From Caldilineaceae bacterium (GTDB lineage: Bacteria; Chloroflexota; Anaerolineae; Caldilineales; Caldilineaceae), in NCBI GenBank assembly GCA_011523365.1, contig WTGY01000005.1:5651-69650 (forward strand): 64,000 nt of DNA, read 5' to 3'. A program made the position numbers and the translations under genes. Under the pieces are notes generated by a model. That model saw only the letters and a list, made by a program, of their open reading frames with translations. It had not been told where the DNA came from and ran no database searches. Below are positions 48,345 through 57,978 of this stretch, one piece after another (position 1 is the stretch's first letter; each line of letters opens with the position of its first letter).

Positions 48345-49958
48345 ATGCGTTCACCTTCTGCAAGCAGTATCCATTCTGCCCGGGATCACATGCCGCGGAG
48401 AAACGGTAACGGCAAGTCCAAGCTGAACAAGGTTGAATTGCTGAAGCTCAAAAAGAGTCCGCTCAGCCTCATTCAAGACATTTACCGCTGGGCCGACGAA
48501 GGGTTTGATGCAGTTCCGCCGGAGTACTACGACCTATTCAAATGGCACGGTTTCTTCTATCGCAAGCAGACGCCGGGCTATTTCATGTTGCGAATGCGCA
48601 TTTCGAACGGGATCGTCAACTCGAACCAGTTGCGTGCAATCGCCGAACTTTCGCGTGACTATGGGCGAGGCGTAGGCGACTTTACGACGCGGCAGAACAT
48701 CCAGCTGCGCTGGATCACCATCGAAGATATGCCGGGAATTGTCGAGAAGTTGCAGTCGGTCGGCCTGGGCTCCGAGCAGACGGGAATGGACAATTTCAGA
48801 AATGTAACCGGTTGCCCTCTGACCGGTCTGACGCGCCATGAGATGATTGACACGAGTCAGGTCACTGCGGCCACGGCTCTTTCGCTGTTGGGACCGCAAT
48901 TCGAGAACATTCCCCGCAAATTCAACATCTCGATCAACGGATGCCGTCTGGACTGCACGCACGCGCAGAGCAACGATATTGGGCTGACGCCAGCCACAGG
49001 ACGCATGGGAACCCGCCTTGTTCCTGGATTCAATGTCGTGGTTGGCGGACATATGGGGAGCAGGAACCCTCATCTTGCACTCCCACTAGACCTTTTCGTG
49101 CGTCCTTCGCAAGTGACGGCCTTTTGTCGGGCTGTTCTGACCGTATTTCGCGACAACGGAAACCGTGCGGTGCGGGGCAAGGCACGACTTTGGTATCTGA
49201 TCGACGAGTGGGGCCTAGACCGCTTTCGGGACGAGGTGACAGAGGCGTATGGGGAGAAGTTGCCGACAGCCGGCGCGTGCCAGCTCTACGCCAACCCTGA
49301 CCCGCTTGAACAGGACCACGTGGGCGTGCATCCGCAGTTCCAGGAGGGACTGAGCTACGTGGGCATGATTGTGCCAACGGGCCGCATCACAGCGGAGCAG
49401 CTCTTTGCGCTTGCCGGACTGGCGGACGAATACGGCAGCAGGGAGATTCGGCTGACCAACGACCAGAATGTAATCATCCCCAACGTCCCCGATCGAAGAC
49501 TCGACGAACTGCTGGCGGAGCCGTTGCTGGATGAGTGGAGCCCCTCGCCCTCGGGGGTCGTGCGGGGGCTGGTCACCTGTACGGGCATAGACCACTGCCA
49601 CTTCGCGCTTAACGACACCAAGGGAATCTCGCTGGCTATCGCGCGCAAACTGGAGGAGAGGTTGCCCGACCGTGACAAAGTGGTGCGACTGAACGTGTCG
49701 GGGTGTGTTCACGCATGCGGTCGCCACCGGCTGACCGAAATCGGACTGGAAGCAACCCGTTTGCGCCAGGACGGCAGCGTGATCGACGGATTCAACATTT
49801 TTGAAGGCGGCCGTCTGGGTGAAGACGCGAGATTGGGCGTCGAGACCCACCGGAAGGCGACGATAGAGGAGACAACCGAGCTGCTGGCCGACGTGATCGC
49901 TAACCGCTACCAGTCTGACGCGGTCCCGGACGCGATCCTGGACGCAGTTACAGCCTAA
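48345..49958 (+). CDS. nirA: ferredoxin-nitrite reductase (nitrite/sulfite reductase hemoprotein family)
   Basis: 537 aa. Duplicated NiR/SiR ferredoxin-like halves and a C-terminal siroheme/4Fe-4S Cys cluster (TCTGIDHC...SGCVHAC). Adjacent to narK and narB. Confidence 0.9.
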   Translation: MRSPSASSIHSARDHMPRRNGNGKSKLNKVELLKLKKSPLSLIQDIYRWADEGFDAVPPEYYDLFKWHGFFYRKQTPGYFMLRMRISNGIVNSNQLRAIAELSRDYGRGVGDFTTRQNIQLRWITIEDMPGIVEKLQSVGLGSEQTGMDNFRNVTGCPLTGLTRHEMIDTSQVTAATALSLLGPQFENIPRKFNISINGCRLDCTHAQSNDIGLTPATGRMGTRLVPGFNVVVGGHMGSRNPHLALPLDLFVRPSQVTAFCRAVLTVFRDNGNRAVRGKARLWYLIDEWGLDRFRDEVTEAYGEKLPTAGACQLYANPDPLEQDHVGVHPQFQEGLSYVGMIVPTGRITAEQLFALAGLADEYGSREIRLTNDQNVIIPNVPDRRLDELLAEPLLDEWSPSPSGVVRGLVTCTGIDHCHFALNDTKGISLAIARKLEERLPDRDKVVRLNVSGCVHACGRHRLTEIGLEATRLRQDGSVIDGFNIFEGGRLGEDARLGVETHRKATIEETTELLADVIANRYQSDAVPDAILDAVTA

Positions 49959-49994
49959 GCAAAAACTCGACTTTCGCTGCAAAGGAAATTCCCA

Positions 49995-51344
49995 GTGGAC
50001 TTCAAGAATAAAGCTACCAAGATCGATCTTTTCTGCTTCAGCACACCGCAGATGCGGGCATTCCATGTTACGTGGTTCGCTTTCTTCCTCTGTTTCTTCG
50101 GCTGGTTCGGCATTGTGCCATTAATGAAGGGGGACAACGGCGTCATCGCGACGATCGGTCTCAGCCCGGATCAGGTGGGTAACTCGGTCATTGCGGCTGT
50201 TTCGCTGACAATAGTGGCGCGACTGGTTATCGGTCCAATGTGTACCCGTTTTGGCTCGCGAAAGGTCTACACGTGCCTGTTGTTGCTCGGATCGCTGCCG
50301 GTCATGGGTATCGGCCTGGCCCAGACACCGACCCAGTTCATTCTTGCGCGGGTATTGATTGGCACGATAGGCGCTTCCTTCGTCATAACCCAGTACCACA
50401 CAAGCGTAATGTTTGCTCCTAATGTTGTGGGCGCGGCCAACGCGACAACGGCAGGCTGGGGCAATCTGGGCGGTGGTGTCACCCAAGCAGCGATGCCGCT
50501 CCTGCTCGCCGCAGTCCTGTCTTTTGTGCCCGCGGCGCTGGGCTGGCGGTTGGCGATGGTCGTTCCAGGGATTGCGATGCTCTTAACGGCGGCTGTCTAC
50601 TGGTTCCTGACCCAAGATGCGCCCGACGGCAATTATTGTGAACTGCGGGCGCGCGGTGAAATGCCGGCGGCGGGCGATTCTGAAGGCACGTTCGTAGAGG
50701 CCATCAAGGACTCACGAGTGGTCGCGCTATTTTTCGTCTATGCGGCCTGTTTCGGCATCGAGCTCACCATAAACGGCACTGCGGCCCTCTATTTTTTCAA
50801 CCGATTTGAACTGAACCTTGCTACAGCCGGGCTCGTCGCCAGCCTCTTCGGTCTGATGAACATTTTTGCCCGTTCCATGGGCGGTGTTTTCAGCGATTTC
50901 ATCAACCGCAGTGCCGGACTGAAGGGGCGGACGCAGTTTCTGTTTGTATGTCTTCTGCTGGAAGGGATCGCCTTGGTCTTGTTTGCAAACATGGGGGCGC
51001 TGGTGCTGGCGATTCCTGCACTGATTGTCTTCAGTCTCTTTGTGCAGATGTCGGAGGGGGCCACTTTTGCAATCGTCCCCTACATCAACAAGCGTGCGAT
51101 GGGGGCGATTGCCGGCATCGTCGGTGCAGGAGGGAATTTCGGCGCGATGCTGGCAGGTTTCCTGTTTCGGCGGGAAGCGGAGCTGTATGGCCAGTCCTAC
51201 ATGATCCTGGGCATTCTGGTGGCAGCATGCGCCTTCATGGCGCTGATGGTGCGTTTCTCTGAAAAAGAGGAGAAGGATGCTGCTGAAGAGACCGCCGCCC
51301 GGCTGGCCGCTGCCGACGAGTCGGTCTTGACCGGCGCCAACTAG
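49995..51344 (+). CDS. narK: MFS nitrate/nitrite transporter (NarK/NrtP type)
   Basis: 12-TM MFS. FHVTWFAFFLCFFGWF and GWGNLGGG nitrate-signature motifs. Confidence 0.9.
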   Translation: MDFKNKATKIDLFCFSTPQMRAFHVTWFAFFLCFFGWFGIVPLMKGDNGVIATIGLSPDQVGNSVIAAVSLTIVARLVIGPMCTRFGSRKVYTCLLLLGSLPVMGIGLAQTPTQFILARVLIGTIGASFVITQYHTSVMFAPNVVGAANATTAGWGNLGGGVTQAAMPLLLAAVLSFVPAALGWRLAMVVPGIAMLLTAAVYWFLTQDAPDGNYCELRARGEMPAAGDSEGTFVEAIKDSRVVALFFVYAACFGIELTINGTAALYFFNRFELNLATAGLVASLFGLMNIFARSMGGVFSDFINRSAGLKGRTQFLFVCLLLEGIALVLFANMGALVLAIPALIVFSLFVQMSEGATFAIVPYINKRAMGAIAGIVGAGGNFGAMLAGFLFRREAELYGQSYMILGILVAACAFMALMVRFSEKEEKDAAEETAARLAAADESVLTGAN

Positions 51345-51402
51345 ACGCTTCTTGCGGCATCGCTTCGCTGACCGCAAACAACCGCCAGAGAGGGTCAGGC
51401 TC

Positions 51403-53775
51403 GTGAATCGCGACAGAAATGGATCTGCACAGCACACGATGAAATCGAGAGAAGGCTCGCGTGGAATTGGCACTGGCAACGGGCAGATTGATCAGTGGCA
51501 CGACACTTTCTGTCCTTACTGCGGAGTCGGGTGCGGACTGAGAGTCGGTATTGGCGATGGGAAGGTTGCCAAAGTGCGCGGCAATCCCGCCCATCCTTCT
51601 TCGCTGGGAGATCTGTGCCTGAAGCCGATTCACCTGCCCAGCGCGCTGGATACGCCGGACCGGATTCGGGAGCCGCTAATGCGGATGAACGGCATGGGGA
51701 GAAAGTCACCTTCCGCCAAGTGGGCCATGCGGAGCGTGACCTGGGAAAAGGCGACATCTCACATTGCAGCCGAACTCAAGCGCATCGCCGGGGAATACGG
51801 CCCGGATGCAGTTGCCTTCTACGGGTCCGGCCAGTTTACGACCGAGGACTATTATGTCGCCAACAAGCTGCTTAAGGGGTTCATCGGTACTAACAATTTC
51901 GATGCCAATTCAAGGCTGTGCATGGCCTCGGCAGTGGCCGGGTACGTCTCGGCGCTTGGTTCGGACGGGCCGCCGCCCGCTTATGAGGACATCGACCACG
52001 CGGACTGTTTCTTCCTGATTGGCAGCAACATGGCCGATTGCCATCCAGTCCTGTTCAATCGCATTAAGCGGCGGAAGAAACAGGACCCGGAAAACGTTAA
52101 GGTTATCGTGGTCGACCCCAGAGAAACGCGTACAGCGGGCATCGCCGATCTCTTTCTTCCGCTTCGACCTGGCTCGGACGTGGTGCTACTCAATGGGATG
52201 ATGGGACTGCTCACTTCCGCAGGAATGATTGATCGGGCATTCATAGCCGAGCACACGAACGGCTTTGAGGAGTTGAAGGAAGCCTGCGGCAGCGTCTCGA
52301 CCGCCGCAGCCGCCAAGGTTTGCGGTCTCTCCGAGAGCGACTTGATTCAGGCAGCGCGCTTCATTGGAGAGGCGAACGGTGTTCTCTCTTTCTGGAGCAT
52401 GGGACTGAATCAGAGTGTGAATGGCGTTGCCAAGAACCAGGCGGTGATCAATCTGCATTTGGCAACCGGTCAGATTGGCAAGCAGGGCAGTGGACCCTTT
52501 TCCCTGACAGGGCAGCCAAATGCCATGGGAGGGCGCGAGGCCGGGGGACTGTCGCATTTATTGCCTGGCTACCGCACAGTTGCAGACGCTGTCCATCGCC
52601 AGGAGGTGGAGAGGTTCTGGGGGGCTCCCGAAGGTCAGATTGCCGACCGGCCTGGGCTGGCCGCCATCGATATGTTTGAGGCTGCGGCACGTGGCGATAT
52701 CAAGGCGATGTGGATCATGTGCACCAACCCGGTCGTATCGATGCCCAACATAGACGTAGTTGAAAGGGCCATGGAGAAGCTCGAACTGCTCGTCGTTACC
52801 GACGCCTATCACCCGACCGACACGACGCTGTACGCCCACGTTCTGCTGCCGGCGGCGCAGTGGTCGGAGCGGGATGGGGTGATGACCAATTCGGAGCGGC
52901 GAATCACTTATCTGCCGCGCATGGTGGACCCGGTCGGTCAGGCCAGGCCGGACTGGCAGATTATCGCCGGTGTGGGCGCGGCCTTGGGTTTTCCACATGC
53001 CTTCTCATACGATTCGGCGGAGGAGATCTTTGACGAGTTTACGCAACTGACCAGAGGTCGAGTTTGCGACTACAGCGGCGTCAGCGTACACAGACTCAAA
53101 GAAGAAGGTCCGCTACAGTGGCCCGTGCCCCATGCCGAGCATCCCGGCACTGTGAGACTGTATTCCGGATTGCACATCGAGCGCTCGCCGCAGTCTGCCG
53201 ACAAGCAGTTCAGCAACGGTGAATTGCCTACGGAGGCAAGGTCGAGTACCGGGACGGAGGGAGGCGCGCCGGTGTTTGCTACAGCTAATGGCAGGGCAAC
53301 ATTCAATACACCAGTGTTCGTACCTCCCGCCGAACTGCCGAACAGGAAGTTTCCTCTGCTTCTAACCACAGGCCGCTTACGCAATCAGTGGCATACCATG
53401 ACCCGGACCGGTAAGTCGGAAAGCCTTTTGAAGGGCGCGCGGCAGCCTTTTCTGGAGATCCATCCCGTTGATGCTGTGCGCCGGCAGATCGAGAGCGGCG
53501 ATGTGGTCGAAGTTCGGTCGCGCAGAGGCAGGGTTTGGGCCGAAGCGCGCGTTACGGAGAGTATCCGGGAGGGGGCCTGCTTTATGCCTTTTCACTGGGG
53601 ACGATTGGCGGGCCCTTATAGCGCTGCCAACAATTTGACTCTGGCCGAGGTGGACCCGGTTTCAAAAGAGCCTGAACTCAAAGCATGTGCGGTCGAAGTG
53701 CGGCTGCGGCCAGGTTATGAGGCCATTCGGGCTTCGAGACTGTTTCAGAGGTTGGCCAAGGCGGTGAAAAGATAG
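51403..53775 (+). CDS. narB: assimilatory nitrate reductase, molybdopterin oxidoreductase family
   Basis: N-terminal 4Fe-4S motif CPYCGVGCG. The GTG at 51403 is preceded by GAGAGGG. Alternative starts are at 51352 and 51439. Confidence 0.9.
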   Translation: MNRDRNGSAQHTMKSREGSRGIGTGNGQIDQWHDTFCPYCGVGCGLRVGIGDGKVAKVRGNPAHPSSLGDLCLKPIHLPSALDTPDRIREPLMRMNGMGRKSPSAKWAMRSVTWEKATSHIAAELKRIAGEYGPDAVAFYGSGQFTTEDYYVANKLLKGFIGTNNFDANSRLCMASAVAGYVSALGSDGPPPAYEDIDHADCFFLIGSNMADCHPVLFNRIKRRKKQDPENVKVIVVDPRETRTAGIADLFLPLRPGSDVVLLNGMMGLLTSAGMIDRAFIAEHTNGFEELKEACGSVSTAAAAKVCGLSESDLIQAARFIGEANGVLSFWSMGLNQSVNGVAKNQAVINLHLATGQIGKQGSGPFSLTGQPNAMGGREAGGLSHLLPGYRTVADAVHRQEVERFWGAPEGQIADRPGLAAIDMFEAAARGDIKAMWIMCTNPVVSMPNIDVVERAMEKLELLVVTDAYHPTDTTLYAHVLLPAAQWSERDGVMTNSERRITYLPRMVDPVGQARPDWQIIAGVGAALGFPHAFSYDSAEEIFDEFTQLTRGRVCDYSGVSVHRLKEEGPLQWPVPHAEHPGTVRLYSGLHIERSPQSADKQFSNGELPTEARSSTGTEGGAPVFATANGRATFNTPVFVPPAELPNRKFPLLLTTGRLRNQWHTMTRTGKSESLLKGARQPFLEIHPVDAVRRQIESGDVVEVRSRRGRVWAEARVTESIREGACFMPFHWGRLAGPYSAANNLTLAEVDPVSKEPELKACAVEVRLRPGYEAIRASRLFQRLAKAVKR

Positions 53776-53856
53776 ACGGGCCTGGCAGCAGGGGTGCAAA
53801 CGAGGGAACACGGCTCCTGCAGGGGATTCGTCGACCTGAGCCGCTTAAAAGCAACA

Positions 53857-54624
53857 TCATCCAGGCTTTTCGGCCTCGATCAGATAGTTCCTTGCTATGT
53901 AGACGAGCTCGCCTTGAGTCTCAAGGGTTCTCTGCAGCGCCATCAGTTGGTCTGTGTGCGATGCGACGGAGAAGCCGGGAACAAGCCAGGGAACTACCTT
54001 CAGATAGTAGACCACAGCTCCCACGTCGGTAAACACGAGTCTGCCCGACCAGTCCTTGACGTCGAGAACGTTGAATCCTGCGGTTTGCAGCCACGGCACG
54101 TATTTCTCGGGGGCTGCATCCGGCCACTGCGGCGTGGCGTCGAAGGCGGCGAGCAGGTCCTGAGCCCAGAGGCCGTGCACCTGTCGGGTGAGAAGCCGGC
54201 CCCCTGGCTCAAGTATGCGTGCGATCTCGTCGACGTTGAGCGCAGCGTGGCGGTTCAAGACAAGCGCGAACTCGACGTCCTCGAAAGGCATGGGTGTATA
54301 CTCATCGTTTTCCAGTTCGACAACGCGCACACCCAGCGGTTCAAGGCGGCGGCGGGCCAGATCGAGGTTAGGGGGATAGCCTTCGGTTACGGCAACGGTC
54401 TCCGGCCAACTGTTTCTCATCGAGAGCAGACGCTCGCCGCCGCCGGTTGCAATATCGAGGCATGAAGTCGATTCACGCATCAGTTCGCGTGCGCGTGTGG
54501 AATAGGACCATGTCGGTTTGTCCTGGAGCATTCGGCCATCAAGGTAGGAAAAGTCCCAGCCTGTGAAGGGCTGCTCCTCTTCTGCCTCCCAGGATTCGAT
54601 TAGATTTGCCTGGTGTTTTGTCAT
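53857..54624 (-). CDS. class I SAM-dependent methyltransferase
   Basis: CLDIATGGGERL matches SAM-binding motif I. Confidence 0.8.
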   Translation of the reverse strand: MTKHQANLIESWEAEEEQPFTGWDFSYLDGRMLQDKPTWSYSTRARELMRESTSCLDIATGGGERLLSMRNSWPETVAVTEGYPPNLDLARRRLEPLGVRVVELENDEYTPMPFEDVEFALVLNRHAALNVDEIARILEPGGRLLTRQVHGLWAQDLLAAFDATPQWPDAAPEKYVPWLQTAGFNVLDVKDWSGRLVFTDVGAVVYYLKVVPWLVPGFSVASHTDQLMALQRTLETQGELVYIARNYLIEAEKPG

Positions 54625-54638
54625 AGCGGCCTCAGTGG

Positions 54639-54845
54639 TCAGCGATTCAGAAGATTCAGCAGCAGGGTCAAGACGAGGCTAACGAGAATCATGGAGGTGA
54701 TCGGAATGAAGACGCTGGTCGAATCCGTCCTGATTCTAATGTCGCCCGGCAGTTTTCCAAACCAGCCCAACAGCCAAGGCGCGAATTGAAGCACAACCCC
54801 TATCAGGAGAAGGATCGCTCCCAGGATTATGAACCACTTTGCCAT
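54639..54845 (-). CDS. DUF2905 family small membrane protein
   Basis: 68 aa. The GKLPGDIRI motif lies between two TM helices. Confidence 0.7.
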   Translation of the reverse strand: MAKWFIILGAILLLIGVVLQFAPWLLGWFGKLPGDIRIRTDSTSVFIPITSMILVSLVLTLLLNLLNR

Positions 54846-54902
54846 TATCTTGACAGTTCCTTTGGCGTTGCAATCAAGACCAACCTGGGGTCAGCCCCGG
54901 TC

Positions 54903-54911
54903 ATTATATCA
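54903..54911 (-). promoter_or_regulatory. candidate extended -10 element for the DUF2905/methyltransferase genes
   Basis: On the - strand: TGaTATAAT, about 60 nt upstream of the ATG at 54845. Confidence 0.35.
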
Positions 54912-55200
54912 GATGGGGCGGCGGGGCATTGCCCTGAAGAACAGTCGGACCGCGGACTGAAAGCGAGGCGTCTCTTTGGCCATGGTTCTTGTCATGGATT
55001 TGCTTGGACTTTCTCTCGTGGGAGCCTGCACCAAGACGTGAAACGATGACGTAGCCGGATCGTAGGCAAATTACCCAGTTCGTCTTATGGGCCAGCAAGG
55101 TAACGATACACTCCGATCAGCCATGGGGTTCCAGTGTAATTGCCAGGAAAACGGCAGTAAGTTCGCCAGGATTCATTGCCAAGAATGTAAGTGAAATCTC

Positions 55201-55230
55201 TTGACTTCAACCCTGAATCGGTGCAGAATT
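55201..55230 (+). promoter_or_regulatory. candidate promoter directly upstream of repeat copy 4
   Basis: TTGACT, 17-nt spacer, CAGAAT (alternatively TGcAGAATT). It ends about 25 nt before subfamily B homology begins. Confidence 0.3.
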
Positions 55231-55253
55231 TTAATGTTAAGGGTAAATACTGA

Positions 55254-55560
55254 GCCATGTCTGTGTGCGGTCTGTCTGTAGCGGGCTCGCGATGGTCATA
55301 GCGGTGGACGTGGGGCTTATATTGGAGTTGCCTCGCCTGTCTTGCCTGCACTGGCACATACTCTGAATGTGCCAAGACGCGGGATGGGGGGGTTGAAGCC
55401 CGGCCGCCGCGGGACGCCAACTTCAAATTAGCCACACACTCGCTACGGCGCGGACAGGAGAGGGGGCGTTGCGGGGGCGGAGCCCCCGCACAAAGGAGGG
55501 CCGAATAGGCCCGACCGCCCATAACTGCAGTGGCCAGTGGTAAATGGCCAGTTGTCAGAG
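55254..55560 (+). repeat. intergenic repeat, subfamily B, copy 4 (core 55462-55521, heptad tail 55531-55558)
   Basis: Aligns by eye with 23738-24075. The core has one G>A change in the inter-hairpin linker. Confidence 0.85.
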
Positions 55561-55676
55561 AGAGCGCTTCCCCTGCCCCAGAATTGATCGCGGAATGGCT
55601 ATGGCTTAGTCGTTAGCTGTTAAGACAGGCTGGTTGTCGACGATTCCACCAGCTCATATTTTTACAGGATTTACTC

Positions 55677-57881
55677 ATGTATTCAGAACTACGTCCATTC
55701 CACAGGATTCGAGGTTGGCAAGGCTTGCTCGTCACGGCGGCCTTGCTCTTGTCTTTGCTTTCTCAAAACGCTGCTGCAGGCACATCCGATGCCATCGAGC
55801 ATGGGGGGCACGAATCGGACTGCGCGAGCTTTCACACGGTTACAGCCGGAGAGACGCTTACCGGCATATCGGTAAGAATGGGGGTCTCGCTTTCGGCCCT
55901 TGCACAAGTCAACCATCTCTCCGTTACCGACCAGGTATTGATCGGCCAGGAGCTTTGCATTCCACACGTTATCGGTGCGGCTTCTCCCGTGGCGCCGGCT
56001 GCACCGGCCCCGACACAGCGGTCCGGCACATCCGCCAGTTGGACCGGAAAGTACTACAATAACCAGGCCCTCAGCGGCGACCCGGTTCTGACGAGACAGG
56101 ATTCGGCAATTGATTTCGACTGGGATTCAGGCAGTCCGGATGCCAGCGTCACCAACGACAGTTTCAGCGTGACCTGGACGGCAAGCGTAATCTTCGAGAC
56201 GGGCACGTACCGATTTACCGCTGTCGCCGACGACGGCGTACGCGTTTACGTGGACGACACGCTGGTGCTGGAGGACTGGAACGTGCACCCGGCAACCACC
56301 ACGGTACAGGACACTGAGCTTACGGCAGGAAGCCACACGGTTAAGGTCGAGTACTTCGAGGCCAGTGGCGAGGCATCGATTTCGGTTTCGTGGGAGAAGC
56401 AGGTAGCGGAAACGCCCAGCTGTGATGTTCGGCCGCACGACAGCCTGAGCTCCTTCTGGACCCACTCTTCCTTGGGATGTGCGAGTGCAGCGGCGTCGAC
56501 AGTCTGGGCTGCCTGGCAGCCGTTCGAGAACGGCAACATGATCTGGCGGCAGAATGATGACGCGGTGTATGTCTACGCGGACAATGGGAACTGGGCCCGC
56601 TACGACGACAACTGGAACGAGCAGGACCTCAGCAACAACCGGGGCACGCCGCCGACGGGTCTGAAATCCCCGGTGCGGGGATTCGGTTATCTTTGGGAAA
56701 CGAATGACGATGTGTTCGCCGACCTGGGTTGGGCCACGGCCGATGAGAAAGGCTTTTGTGCAAGAATTCAGCAGTTTGCGAAAGGCATTTTGCTCATAGG
56801 CGATACTGTAGAAACCTGCCATGAGAACTCACACAATTTTGCTTCAGAGACAGCCTTTGCCAGGAACGCCCTACAGGCTTTGACCGGCGGAACATGGAAG
56901 TTCACCTGCAATACGGAGACTCATGGCGTATTGAAGCCCTACTGGGACCAAGCTGAACTTGGTTGTCCAGTCTCTGCGAGCAAGACTCTGTGGTCAGCCT
57001 GGCAGTCGTTCCAGACAGGATACATGTTGTGGCGGCAGGATGAGGATGCGGTTTTCGTGTTTACGGACGAGGGGGCGTGGAGTCGATTTTCGGATGACTG
57101 GGACAGCCAAACCTACACGTCGACTCGAGGTACTGCGCCCGCCGGTATGCATGAGCCTGTTCGGGGCTTTGGCTATCTGTGGGCAACGAACGACGAGGTT
57201 CATGCGGACCTGGGCTGGGCGACCGACGCCGAGAAGGGCGCCTGCACATTGACGCAGGCGTTCGACCACGGCACGTTGTTTGCCGGCGATACCGTCGAAT
57301 CCTGCTTCGAGAATGCGAACAACCTGGTGTCGGAGACTGTATTGGGCGCAAATACCATTCAGGCGCTGGACGGGGGCAGCTGGGCGTTTGCGTGTGAAGT
57401 CCCGGTGCACGGGAAACTGGAGCACCTTTGGGACTATGAGAGCTTTGGCTGTCCCGAAGCTGCGGGCGGCATCCTGTGGGCGTCATGGCAGCCTTTCCAG
57501 ACCGGCCACATGATTTGGCGGGAAAACGATGATGCCGTGTTTGTGTTTGTCAGCGGCAGTTCGTGGGACCGACATGACGATAGCTGGGACGATCAGGCCT
57601 ATACGTCGGTCCGGGGCACACCTCCTACAGGTTTCCAGGCCCCCGTGCGAGGATTCGGATACCTGTGGGAAAACAGTGACGACATCTATGGCGACCTGGG
57701 CTGGGCGACGGCTGAGGAAAGGGGCTTTTGCGCAGCCTTTCAGGCCTATGCGAACGGCTTCCTCCTATTGAGTGATCAGGTAGCTTCATGTAAAGAAGGA
57801 CACAGCAACTCAGCAACTCAGATCGACTTTGCTCTCCATTCGCTGAGCGGTCTAGACGACGGAACCTGGACGTTGAGGTAA
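55677..57881 (+). CDS. secreted LysM - PA14 - 3x(162-aa Cys-containing module) protein
   Basis: Signal peptide, a LysM segment (HTVTAGETLTGIS...LIGQELCIP), a PA14-like segment (WTGKYYNN...VEYFEASGEASISVSW), then three colinear modules. Confidence 0.8.
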   Translation: MYSELRPFHRIRGWQGLLVTAALLLSLLSQNAAAGTSDAIEHGGHESDCASFHTVTAGETLTGISVRMGVSLSALAQVNHLSVTDQVLIGQELCIPHVIGAASPVAPAAPAPTQRSGTSASWTGKYYNNQALSGDPVLTRQDSAIDFDWDSGSPDASVTNDSFSVTWTASVIFETGTYRFTAVADDGVRVYVDDTLVLEDWNVHPATTTVQDTELTAGSHTVKVEYFEASGEASISVSWEKQVAETPSCDVRPHDSLSSFWTHSSLGCASAAASTVWAAWQPFENGNMIWRQNDDAVYVYADNGNWARYDDNWNEQDLSNNRGTPPTGLKSPVRGFGYLWETNDDVFADLGWATADEKGFCARIQQFAKGILLIGDTVETCHENSHNFASETAFARNALQALTGGTWKFTCNTETHGVLKPYWDQAELGCPVSASKTLWSAWQSFQTGYMLWRQDEDAVFVFTDEGAWSRFSDDWDSQTYTSTRGTAPAGMHEPVRGFGYLWATNDEVHADLGWATDAEKGACTLTQAFDHGTLFAGDTVESCFENANNLVSETVLGANTIQALDGGSWAFACEVPVHGKLEHLWDYESFGCPEAAGGILWASWQPFQTGHMIWRENDDAVFVFVSGSSWDRHDDSWDDQAYTSVRGTPPTGFQAPVRGFGYLWENSDDIYGDLGWATAEERGFCAAFQAYANGFLLLSDQVASCKEGHSNSATQIDFALHSLSGLDDGTWTLR
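56421..57878 (+). repeat. three in-frame tandem 486-nt modules inside the LysM-PA14 gene
   Basis: Module starts at 56421, 56907 and 57393, exactly 486 nt apart. Shared motifs are LGC, W..WQ.F..G.M.WR, PVRGFGYLW and DLGWAT. Confidence 0.8.
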
Positions 57882-57897
57882 GAATAGGTAATCTGGA

Positions 57898-57935
57898 GGG
57901 AGGGGATCGTTTTGTCCGATCCCCTCCCATTCTTC
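57898..57935 (+). terminator. rho-independent terminator of the LysM-PA14 gene
   Basis: 12-bp perfect stem GGGAGGGGATCG / CGATCCCCTCCC, 7-nt loop, followed by ATTCTTC. Confidence 0.7.
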
Positions 57936-57978
57936 AGTTGCAATTGCGCTGCACGCAGGCGGTCAGATCATATTCTCG

